Source: Phyllosticta citribraziliensis
Taxonomy: Eukaryota
Length of the DNA stretch: 64,000 nt
Reading direction: 5' to 3'
Assembly: GCF_038025025.1 (NCBI RefSeq)
Contig: NW_027117347.1
Location: 310,001 to 374,000 of the forward strand
In this document: in pieces, positions 35,276 to 47,200 of the stretch
Layout of the letters: the number at the start of each line of letters is the position of its first letter
How positions within the stretch are numbered: position 1 is the first letter of the stretch
Position numbers and translations under genes: made by a program
The notes under the pieces: model-generated
Database searches by the model: none
The model's input: only the letters and a program-made list of their open reading frames with translations
Told to the model about the DNA's origin: nothing

Positions 35276-38200
35276 ATGTGGAACAAACTCACTGGAAAAA
35301 GCGACACCTCGTCGCAAGATGGCCGACGCAAAGACCAGCGCCGCCGCACCGGCTCTGTAGCCTCGTCCCATGCCTCGCGCAATCCGACGCGCCTGGAAGA
35401 CCGCAGCGACTATCCACCAACTCTGTCCTCTCGGGGTACCACCTATCCGCCACCTCCATCCTCTGCCTCAATTGCTTCGTACGCCACTGCCCCAGACCGT
35501 CGAAGTACCATGGACCACGACGTCCGGTCCGAGCGGACCGCCGCCTACGATGATCGCGAGGATGATCCGCGCTCCACGCGCACAGACAGGCGTCGCGACG
35601 ACGAGTCGCGCTCTGAGCGTTCCTCCAAGCACCGTGAACGCTCCACCAGCCGAGACCGCAAGCGAGACCGCGACGACACTGAACGCGAACACAAAAAGAA
35701 GGGCAAAAAGGACACCAAGGATGGCAAGGAACGCCGCGAAAAGGACGAACCTTCGAAAAAGTCTACGCACAAGTCGCGGGCCCGAGCGAGCAGCAAGGCC
35801 GACGACAGCATCGTCGACGAGCCTGTCCGCCCTCGCGCTGGAGACTCGCTTCAGCGTGGTGATTCATATACCAGCCAAACCGCGTACCAACCATTCAAAT
35901 ATGCGACGGAATCTGCGCCTACGACCCCGGCCGAACGCCTCGATGCTCACGTCGGGGGCCAGTTCCCTGGCCAGAACCCTTCTAAGTACGCTGGCGCATA
36001 CCGTCCACCGCTCGGTGAGGCGACCAGCTACTATGGCGACCAGGGTGAATCCGTAACCTACCAGCCTGGAGTGCGCGTTGAAGACCCAGACATGTTGATA
36101 AATCCTCATACTCACCTCATCACTCCATCGGCTGTTCCCCAGCCTCCCGAGGAAACAGGTCATGGGTCGGCTGCCGACTTCTATTCCGGTACCTTTGACG
36201 TCGGAGTCGGCGAAGATCCTCCCACAAAACCTCCTCGCCCTCAGTCAATGCCCGGGAGCTTTGAGCCAGACGCTCGTCCCAAACCAACGCGTAAAAGCTC
36301 AAAGACGGAAAAAGTGCACAAACTGTCCTCTGCTGCCTCTGCTGCCGGAAGTGCCGCTTTGGGTTATGCTCTGGGGAAGCACTCTAGCCACAATCAAAGT
36401 GGAAGCACTCACGTAAGCAGCCGCATTGAAGAGAACGTCGAAAACTACACCTCCAGCTCTGGCAAAAATTCTGGACATTATTCAACCTCTTACTCAGTGC
36501 CACCAAGTGGCGACTATGTGCCCCCCACCAGCCAGTCTGACAGACCTGGCGAAAACTACATTTCTGGAGACAATCTCGGACACCGTCCGACATCTTACTC
36601 AATGCCACCAAGCGGAGAGTACGTGCCAGTTACCAGTCAGGCCAGCAGGCCAGGATTGACGCAATCTTACTCAATGCCGGCGAGCGGAGCCTACGTTCCC
36701 GTCGCCAGTCAGTCCAGCAAACCAGGCATGTCATCCTCTCACTCTAATGCTGGTCTCTATGCAGGTGCAGCTGGTCTGGCGGCGGGCTACGGCCTCCACG
36801 AACTCCATTCATCCCACCATCACTCTCCTGCATTGCCGCCTCGCCCGAGCCAGAACGGCAATCACGGATCTCAAGGCCTCGGTTATGCCGCGCTAGGCAT
36901 GCAACACAGGCAAAACGGGCCAGTTTCCAAATTTGTGGACTGGTGGAAGGATCATGAGGATGTTCGCAAGATGGAAGAGTACACCGAGTACATTGGTGTC
37001 TGCCGTGATTGCTTCGATCCTCGAGAACCTCCGTCCATGGCTCCCCGAAAGCATCACTATCACCATCACCACAAACGCCGTTCTAACGGCTCACTTCGCT
37101 CCAACCGCGTCGACAAGGAGAGCCGCTACCACTACTCTTCGTCCGATGATGATGGAAGACGCAATAGCAATTCGTGGGTCGCCAAAGGCCTCGCTGGCTA
37201 CGGACTGGCAAAAGTCGGCAAGGCCCTTTGGTGGCAGAATCAGGACTTTGACGATACATACAGTGCGAAGTCTGGCCGGCGCTACCGCTCATCTCGATCC
37301 TCGACGGGCCGCCGCAGCAGAAGCGGATCTAGAGACCGCACGAGCACAACCTCCCGCGGTGTCATCCGCCACAGGAGCAACTCGAGGGACTCGCGCACCA
37401 GCCGAAACTACTCCAAGACCATCAGAGACTACAAGATTGTGCACCACCATGGTCACTCGAGATCGAGGTCGAGGTCAAGAGACAGGAAAAGCGGAGTCTT
37501 TTCTGCTGCAGCCGGCGCCGCTCTCGGAGCGTCACTGGTTGGTCGTTCCAAGGAGAGGAGCCGTAGCCGCTCCAAATCTCCAAGCCGTGAGTATGTCATC
37601 AAAAAGAGCTACGTCGAGAAGCCCCGAAGCTCAGGCTCCGCGCTAGGCGTAGAAGACGCTCGTCGATTTAGCTCTCGTCACTCCACGACCTCTTCACACG
37701 TCGACCACAATTCGCACCGAAGCTCGAAGCAAAACTCTACCGGCGTTTTTGGATTGTTTACCAGTGCAGCATCTGCCTCCGACCGCAGAAAGACCCACTC
37801 CAAGAAAAAGAAGGGCTTCTTCACGTTTGCCAATGGCTCATCCTCATCGACCGACTCTGGCCTAGTCTATGGTGGCAGTCCAGAGCTGAGAAGACGCAGC
37901 AGTGAACTTCGTCGCAAAGGATCGCACAAGAAACGACGCAATTCTGATGACAAGTTGAACTCTACATTGCTGGGGCTCGGTGCTACGGCTGCTGCTCTGG
38001 CTGCCGTCCAGGGTCGTCGTGATGAAAAGACTCGCAGTAAGCATCGGCCTAGCCCTGAAGTGATTGCCGTCCGCGAAAGCAAGAGCCGCAAGCACCCGGA
38101 CAAGCGTCAGCACATGCCTGGCTCTTATGATATTTCTTCGTCGGAAGACGAGGAGTGGGAAGAAGTGTCCGATGCTGAAGACGACGCTGCCAGTATCGAT

Positions 38201-41200
38201 ACCGGTCTGGCATTTGGAGACTATGCCCAGTCGATCAAGAGTCGCAAGAGCGTAGACAGTCTTCGGTCAGACGGATCAGGCACAAACAAATGGGACTGGC
38301 GCTGGGGCAGCAAAAAGGACAAGCGCAAGCGCACCTCGACCGAAAGTCTCAAGAATGGCACGCACGTTGACGGCAGAAGCAGTGTCAGCAGCGTGCCTAC
38401 ATTGCAGACCGTCTTTCCCGTCCCAACCTCGGATCCCACCATGTTTGACGCTGCTGGCCGCTCATCTTCCATCCCGTCGACTCCTCAGGCCCCCTATGGC
38501 CACCCTCTCGTCACCTCCCGTCCTGAACCTCCTCCTCTGCAACAACCACAACCCATCATGCCCGTGTCAAATTCCATCTACACTAGCCAGGCTCCAGGCC
38601 CCTCATACATGGCACCCTCTGGCCCACCAGTCTTTTCGAGCGGTAGGCCGCCCTTGGCCAACTTTAGAAATTCCTCTGATTACTTCCGCGCTGAAGACCG
38701 TCCTATGAGCTCTCCGCGCCGAGAAGAACCTTCAACACCAACAAGCTCTTGGAAACGTGACGCGGCCATTGCAGGTGTAGCTGCAGCTACTGGTGCTGCG
38801 ATAGCCACAGCCCATTCCCATGCGTCATCCAAAGCAGGGTCAAGTTCTCCGAGCCAATCCACGGCGTCGAGGAGAGTTAGTTCTCCAAGCTCGGTCAGAT
38901 TTGACCTTACAAAAGAGCAAGAGGCAAGGGAGGACCGACAGAGGCGCAAGGATTTGAGAAAGAAGGAAGAGGAACAAGCTGAACGTGAGCGTTTGCGTCG
39001 TCTTGAAGACGAAGCTAGTCTCAAAGAAGCCAAGAAGCGTGAAGAGGCTGAGAATTTGGCTGCCATCAAGCGCGATGCGGAAGAGATGCAAGCTCGAGCT
39101 CGAGAAAAACGAGAAAGAGAGGGAAGAGCGTATGCGGCAAGCGAAATGGAGCGCGAGACTCGGCGTATCCAGAGAGAGCGTGAGACTATGGCCCTCCAAG
39201 CTGCCGAGCTGGAGCGCGCTGCTCGGGACGAAGCTGAGCGGCTGAGGCAAGAGTCGGAAGCCGCTACTCGCCAGCGAGAAAGGTTGGAACGTGAAATTCT
39301 CGAGGCAGACTCGCGTCGGGAACGAGAGCGTGCCGAAGCTGAAGAACGCCAGCCTTCTGAATTCGAATACGACGTCGAGTCCAGGGAACGTCAGCTTCAA
39401 GAGAGAGAAGCAGACGTTGTGGATCCGAACAAGTGGTCCGGCTGGAAGGAGCCTGCTGCTGCTGTTGGCATTGCTGCGGGTGCTGCTGCTGCTGCCGCTG
39501 GTCTTGCGTACAGCTCCAAAAATGACCTACACGAGGCACCGCGGGATGACAGTCCGCGCGGTGGAAGGGTTCAATTTGACGATGACCGCAATCACGAAGA
39601 GCCGTCCTTTGATCCAGACTACTTCCGTAAAAGGGACCAGGCTCGCCCTTCCTCGCGCGATAGGGAGAGCGACATTGTCCGCAAAGCCGCCTCAAAGGTT
39701 CTCGCCGACTATGACGACGACAGCGCCAAGGTGTTGGCTGATCTAGAAGAGCGGTACAAGGAACCTCAACGCAGGCAGAGCATGGCGGAATTCTTTTCCC
39801 CAAGCGAGCTTTCTGACCGCAAAACCTCCATCTCAAGGGACTACTTTGGACCCAATGCTGATGCTGATGTTCAATCGTTCAATGTTCCTCGGATCGTCAC
39901 AGTCGAGCCGCCTTATGCTCCAGAATACAGCTTCACGGCCACCCATGATGACGAGGATGCGCACAGGTACAATGACATTCCCAGGCTGAACCTCATTGAG
40001 CCGACGCCACCTGTCAGCGTAGCCAGCAGCATCCGAGGCGATCGTTCGCACCCCACGTCACCATCGATGCCCGCGCACCACGATCCAATCACGACTGTTG
40101 AAGAGGAAGTCGAGCCCAAGGACGACAAGCAGCCTAAGAGACCCGGTGTTACCTGGGGTGTGGATGAGACGCACTACTTTGACACGCCGACCCCAGACAG
40201 CGTCCGAGAGCACTTTGTGTCAGACCAAGACTTGAGAAAGAGCGCCTTGGAGGAGTTGACAAGACGCAAGGAGCACGAACAAGAAGATCGCCAGCGCGAG
40301 CGGCAAGAGCATGATGAAATTGTGGTCGAACACGACTCGCCCAACTCTCCTGGCAAGCGCACGTCGTATCGTGTATCTCCTGAGCGCTCTTATGCTGAAG
40401 CAGAACTCCCTCCCAAGCCAGAGCTCGACCGCAAGCCCAAATCTAGATCATCCGATGACGACTCGCCGGTGGAAGAAATCAAGCGATTCGAAGACGATGA
40501 CCGCGAGATCATTGAGGCTACGTCTCCGGAACGCACGCCCGTTGTCCTCACGCCCACAGAGCAAAGGGGTCAGTTCTACCAGTCGCCATTCTTCGAGACC
40601 GTGTCGGATTTCACGACGGCGTTCGACGTTAGCCCGACAGGGTCTGCTTCTGGGTTCGTCGAAGAGCTTGGACCTGATGAGCGGCCTGATGTCAGCGAAA
40701 GGGGCATGCCAGGTGCTTGGGGGTTTGTCGAAGACGATGTCGCGTCCAATCCCTTCAGCGACACGCGAGTCGTGGAAGAGCTTCCATCGCCGACCGAGCC
40801 CCACGCAAAAGACCCCGACCTCCAGCCAAAGGTCGAAGAAGTGGAGGACCAAGTCTTTGAGAAGCCCCTCAGCAAGCGCGAACAGAGGAAAAAGGACAAG
40901 GTTGCCAAACGTGGCAGTCTTGGGCATGATGATTCTCCGTCTGTCGCTTCGACGCCAATGGATGAGCCTGTCCCGGAGGAGCTCTGGGAGGATACCTCGA
41001 GCTCCAAGAGCAAGAAGAAGAAGAAGAAGAATCGTGATTCCTTTGGCATCGACACTGGCAGCGCATCTGCGTCTGTTGCATCCACTCCCGTTGCCGAGGA
41101 ACCCGCTGCCGAAGACTTGTGGGCTGAGGTTCCGCTGTCGAAGAAGGATAAGCGGAAGAAGAAGGAGCGTGATCGCGAAGAGAAGCGAATGGGGCGCGAG

Positions 41201-44200
41201 CGCGATCCCAAAGACATGGAGCCTTCGATAACTACGACGAGCGGATCCTATACCCCATCGGCGTCTGGCCTGGACATCGCGGGGGATGCGGCAAAAGGAC
41301 TGGGGTACGCTGCTGCTGCGGGAGTTCTCGCGGGCGCAATGATGGGCTCCAAACACACGGAAAGGCAACCAGAAGAGCCCCGTGGCCGAGAGCAAACCTC
41401 CCGCCAGCCTCCGTATCCTACGGAAGATCCTTATATTGGCTTCAGCCAAACTCCTGGGTCCTATGGCAGCGAGGGCGAACACACACCCTCGGGTACCTTT
41501 ACATCAACCGCTCCGTACATTCCCAGCAGGGCTTTTGACGACGTCGAGGAACTTGCAGATGCAAAGAAGCCGGGCAAAAAGGGCAAGAGACGCTCCAAGT
41601 ATGGCAGCCCTAGTCCAGGCAGCCCTTTGAGGACCGAGGTCGCATTCGACGACTACGTTGGCATGGACGCAGCGGCAGCTGCGACAGCCGCGCTCCCGCA
41701 TGGCTCGAATGCCGGCGCGTACCAGACGTCAGATTTCGCAGACGCCGTCAACGCCCCTTTGCCAAAGGACGACGCGTCTGTCAGCTCGCGCGAGTCGGAA
41801 AAGGAGTCCAGACGCAGGAGGCAGTATGTCTATGACGAGCCTGAGGAAGCCGGTGTGCCTCTCTTCGCGTACCGAGAGCAAGAGGCCGACAACGAACGCA
41901 ATTCCGTCTTTGCTTACAGGGACGATTGGAAAGAGCACCGCCGCGGCAGCCGCCAGGAGAGCGAAGGCGGCGTCTCTCGAGAGGGCGGCGATGCACGCTC
42001 CACGGCGTCGGATGAGCGTGTCGTAGACGAACACGGCCGCCGGAAACATCGTCACCACCGTCGGCGGGAGAGTGAGCGCTCCGACAGCACGCGCGATGCA
42101 GATACGCGCTCGGTTGTGTCCGAAGGTCGGTACGACGAAGAAGGCCACCGCAAGCACAAGCATCGCAAGCACCGCTCTACCGGCGTCGATAAGGATGATG
42201 TGGGCGCTGTCGTGGCCGAGTTTCGTGACGACGAAGACGACGACCTGAGGCGCAAGCATAAGCACAAGAAGCGTTTCGAGATCGAGCCTACCATCCCCGA
42301 ACGCCCAAAATCTGATCCCGGCGTGGAAGATGCTGGCGAGGAACGCCGCAAGCACAAGCGCCGGTCAAAGCGTGAAAGCGAACGAGGCGACGACGAAGAT
42401 AATGTGTCAATAGTTTCCGGTCCTGCTAAGTACAGCGAGAAGGAGAAGGAGAAGCGAAGCAGTCTCTTTTCATCTCTCTTTGGCCGGTCCTCGAAAGAAA
42501 GTGTTGCATCCCGCGAGTCCAAGGACGACCGCAGCATCGACGACGAGGAACGCAAACACCGCAGGCGCAAGCATAGGAGCTCCACGCTGCAATCATCCTA
42601 TGCTTCGGATCCAGAGGACGACGGGGTGAGTAGTACCACGGCCAGCCGCCGCCATCGCAGCAGCAGCAGCAGACGCGAGAAGGAATCGGCTCGAGACGAC
42701 TCAGGTATGGACTACAATTCTTCCCAACAAAGAAAACATGAACACGACAAGGTATTTGACTACTACCCATCATCGCGTGTTACTGCTTCTCGTTTCTCTG
42801 CATATACGACCGTTGGGGATGAGTCGCGGTCTTTTTCGCCAGCAGCCGTTCTTAGTGGTGGTTCTCCTTTTCCTACAACTATCGAGGATGATGATGGCGT
42901 TGGCCATGTCTACGATGAAAGACGGCAATCTTTCCTATCTCGTTCATCTTCTCCTTTGAGCTATGTTGATGATGCAGTCGAGGATGTACTGAGCACTGGT
43001 CTGAAACAGATTTACACGTCCACACCACCAACCGCCACCACCGAAGCGGCTCCCTCGGCAGACTTGAGTAATCCCCTTCCATCCCAGCAGATCCCACACG
43101 TTGCCTCGCAGACAGAAGAAGAGAAGTCTTTTTTATCCCGTCGGGCAAGAGGTCCTGAAGCCCCTGCCAGCTTGACCAGCCCTCCTCTGCCCATCAATAC
43201 CTCTGTCGGACACGCCGCACAGCAGCCCCCTCTGCCATCGGCAAGTCACCAACATCCCCCGACCACAGCTGCCTCCCTGCTCTCTCTGGGTGGTGATGAG
43301 AACGATCCCGAATTCGATGAAGCGTTTCCAATCTTTACAGCGCTTCCTCCCAGTCGGCCTGGCTCCCCTACAGGCATCGTTCCCGCCACTGCCGATGAGT
43401 CGACTGTCACTAGTCCTCCGCCCAGCCTCGGCATCAATACAAAGGCGTCGAGGCAGGTTGAAAGTCCAGCCTCAGGCATGCGGTCGCCGTCTGCTACTGC
43501 AATTCCACTTCGCTTCAGGATTGGTGCAAGTAGGAACGTTAGTGGTGGCACGAGCGCTGTGCAGTCGCCCGTGGAGCCGCATCACGGCAGCAGTGCAACG
43601 GGCGGTGCATGGGACGAGCATCCCCAGCATCAGAATTTCGGCTTCTCGCCTTCCCCGTCGCCTTTCCAGGACCGCTACTACGCACAGGCTCCATGGCAGC
43701 AGCCGCATCAAGAATCTGCTGCATCATCGCCGGTTCCAACGACGATGCCAACGCCGACGCATTCACGGCATGCTACAGCCTCGCCCATGCCCTCACCCAC
43801 TGCGATTCCAAACCCCTTCTTCCGTCCCCGCCCTTCGTCCATGCACATGCACAAGAAGACGTCTTCCGCTGGCGTCGTGTCGACGGGCAAGGAGTTTCGC
43901 CCCCTCTACCTCGTCGAGAGCGTGAGGGGTCGAAGCAAGAGCTCCCCTTCCGGCGTCAGGGGCAAGGAGCGATGGACGGCGGACGAGCAGGCTTGGGCCG
44001 AGGCGCGGGATGATCGGTGGGACGATGTGGCCGTGGAGGACTTGCCGGCTTTGCCAGGCAGTCGAAGGGGAAGCGAGGCTAGTGTTCAGAGCGCGAGGAG
44101 TGCCGATGACGAGCCCGAGGGTGATACGGCAAGAGGGGATGTTGAAAATGCAGCGCAGCCGGAGATGGTGGAAATCTCGCGCAACTCCCCTGTGCATTCA

Positions 44201-47200
44201 CTCGCTGAGATGACACCTGCACCGACCTCGACAAATGTCTTTGACTTTTTGGTTCAAGACAATGACGACGATGAACCGACCGGTACCACATCCACGCAGG
44301 ATCCGCCAATTGAAAAAAACCCAAAGGCGTCCGCTTCGAAGAAGTCGTCTCCGGCCTCATCACTGTTTGGTGGACTACTCAGCCGCACTTCTTCCAAAAA
44401 GGGCAAGAAGGGCAAGAAGGCGAAGAAGCTGGGTACCGCGTCGCCGCCTCGCTCGTCGTCCCCGCCACCACGCGACCCAGAGCTTGACCTAGCGTGGCGG
44501 GAAAGAGACACGGCCGATGCGGTGGCCGATTGGTTCGAAGGCGGTGATGTTTTGGCTGGCGAGAGTGCCGCTGACGCCGCAAAAGAGCCAGGAGAGCCGA
44601 TTGCGAAGGAGGAGGAAGAAGCGCCGAAAGTGGTACACGTCCCGCCTGCGTTGCTCACAAGAGACAGCAAGGGCAAAGGCAAAGCCAAGGCGAAGGGCAA
44701 AAGCAAGGCAAAGTCGAAGAAGGGCAAGGACAAGAGCAAAAGTGAGGGTCAGAATGACGACGATGTCCAACAGGAGGCCGGCGATCTTAGCTTGTCCGAG
44801 GCACCCACGCCGGGCGCCGCAACGCCGCTCGAGGCACCAGACCCGTCCCGTTCGGCATCTGGCTTCGATAGAGACGTCGACAGGGATTTGTGGCGCGAAG
44901 AGATCGAGTCACATCGCTCTGGTAACGAGAGATCCCGTTCACGCTCGCCGCGAGCGCCCTTGGAGCCTCGAGAGGTCGGTGAGGGACAGCAGATGAGCGC
45001 TTCGCGAGATCTGGGCGAGGGCCCCCATGTTGAGACCGAACAGGAATCAGTTGCGCCTCGGGACGACCCAACTGTCCAGCCTCTCGCTCAAGATTCTCCG
45101 CCAGTACAAGCTCCTGTTGACGTTTTTGCTTACCTTGAACGGGAGGATGAACCCAATGTCTCATCGATGTCGTCTTCAGCTCCCGTTCCTGAATCCGTCT
45201 CCGTACGGGCACCTATCGATGTCGAGCCAGACTCGAGCAGCTCCACAAAGGAGGAGCACAAATCGCCCGACGTTGGCGACGAGCATAAAAATGACGCCGC
45301 TGCCGTCGGCTCTGGTCTGGCAGTTGCAACAGGAGCCCTGCTCGCTGCACACGGACAAGAACAGCAGCAGACATCCCCATTGCCCGAAGCAGAACCAATC
45401 GTCGAGGAGCCCTCGGTTCCAGAGCCGTCTACCCCAGCCGACGATTCAGACTTGAACCCCGTGCTCGCGCCAGCCAAGGTGCCGAAAAAGGACAAGAGGA
45501 AGGCGAAGAAGAAGAATAAATTGCTGCGTGGACAGAGCGATGAGGGGGTCACGACTGTGCGTGCTCCTTCTCCCGCTCCTGCTGCTGCGAAGGGGCTGGA
45601 AGTGAAGACTGCTGGATCGCTTTTGTCGGAGTCGGGGTCAGCGCCTGCGGTGGGCGATGATTCGAGTTTACTGAAGACTACTGGTGGCGATGAGGGGGAG
45701 GGAGTGGGTAAGCCAGCGGCCACGCCTATTTTACAGGATGAAGGGACGACGGGGCGAAGTGAAGTCGAACTCCGTGGAGTCTCTGGCGACTTGGACGTTG
45801 CACAGCCGCAGAGTTTGGAGCCTGCCATGCTCCAGGAAACAGGCCCAAGTCTTAAAGAGGTTCAAGAAGAGCGGGCAGTCGGCGGTGACTTTGATCAAGC
45901 AGCCACGCCACTCGAACAACCGTCAGACTTCCATCAAATATCACATGCCCAAAGGCAACCCTCACCTGAGCTTGAGCACGACTTCCCGAGACACGGGTCC
46001 GGTGGCGGTGCGCAGTCGATTCCTACCGACCACCATCACGAAACCCCAGATAATGAGGCATTCTCCACTCCCCTCCCACTCTCACCTCCATCGTCACCTC
46101 TGTCCTTGCCCATCACCTCGGCCGTCATGGAGTCAATCTTTTCAGCCACAGAACAGGCCGGGCACCCACGCGGTCTTGCCGAGTGGGATGACAGGCAGGA
46201 ATTGGGAAGAGACAACGTCGCCAACATGCCTCTGCCCGATTTGGCCGAGGACGGGATGCATTTCCAGAGAGAAGGACCTCTGAGGGAGGGCGAGCAAAGC
46301 CGTGGGTTGGAAATGGAAGAGAGGAACGATGTCAAGACCGCTTCCATAAGTGGCCACACTCAGCTGGAGGACCAAGCTTCAAATTTTCAAGGCCAAGCAT
46401 CGTCCACAGTCAAACCGCAAAAGATTCCCATCCCTCCAAACTACCTCGAACAGCCCATCGTCCAGGAGCCATCATCAATCGGACAATCTCAAACGCCGTC
46501 CTCCGCGTCGGTCGATACACCACCTGCTGCCGGAAACGTCGCTACTCCGACCGCAACCACGCCCGGCAAAAAAGGCAAAAAGCGCTCCTCTTCCGTCGCG
46601 GCCGTCACTGCGGCGCCATCTGCTCCCCTTCCCACCCTTGCTACTCCGCCGCCGGTCCAGAAAGCACGCAAACGCGGCGAGCCGAGGGCAAACAAAGAGT
46701 TTATCCCGTCTCTGGAGGAAACGGCCGCGCCGGTGCCAATGTCTGAGCCTGTCTCTTCACGCTCATTGCCTCTATCCGCTGAGGAAGTAGCCAGGCCGGT
46801 GCAAACGTCTGAGCCTGTCTCCTCCCGCTCATTGCCTTTACCCGTTGAGGAAGAGCGAGCAGGAGCCGCGACGCCCGAGCCCGAGCACGATCCCGAGACG
46901 TTGGATAGCGGCGTCAACACTCCGCCTATCCACGTCCTCGAAATGGGCCAGGCTGTGCAGGTCGAGGTCACGTCGCCGACGCAGAAACCGACGTCGGTCG
47001 TTGTGGGACAGGCCATGCCCGTTCCCGGGCGTTCAGAGCGTCCGGTTCCCGTCTCGTTGCAACACGAAGACGACGGGATTCGGGATCGCGATGGCTCGTT
47101 TGAAAGTGCAGGGCTTGAAGGGCAAGAGGGCGGCAGTGAGGAGCGAATGAAGCGCGATCGAGATATCGCCGCGGCTAAGAGGCAGCTGGAGGCGTTGGGC

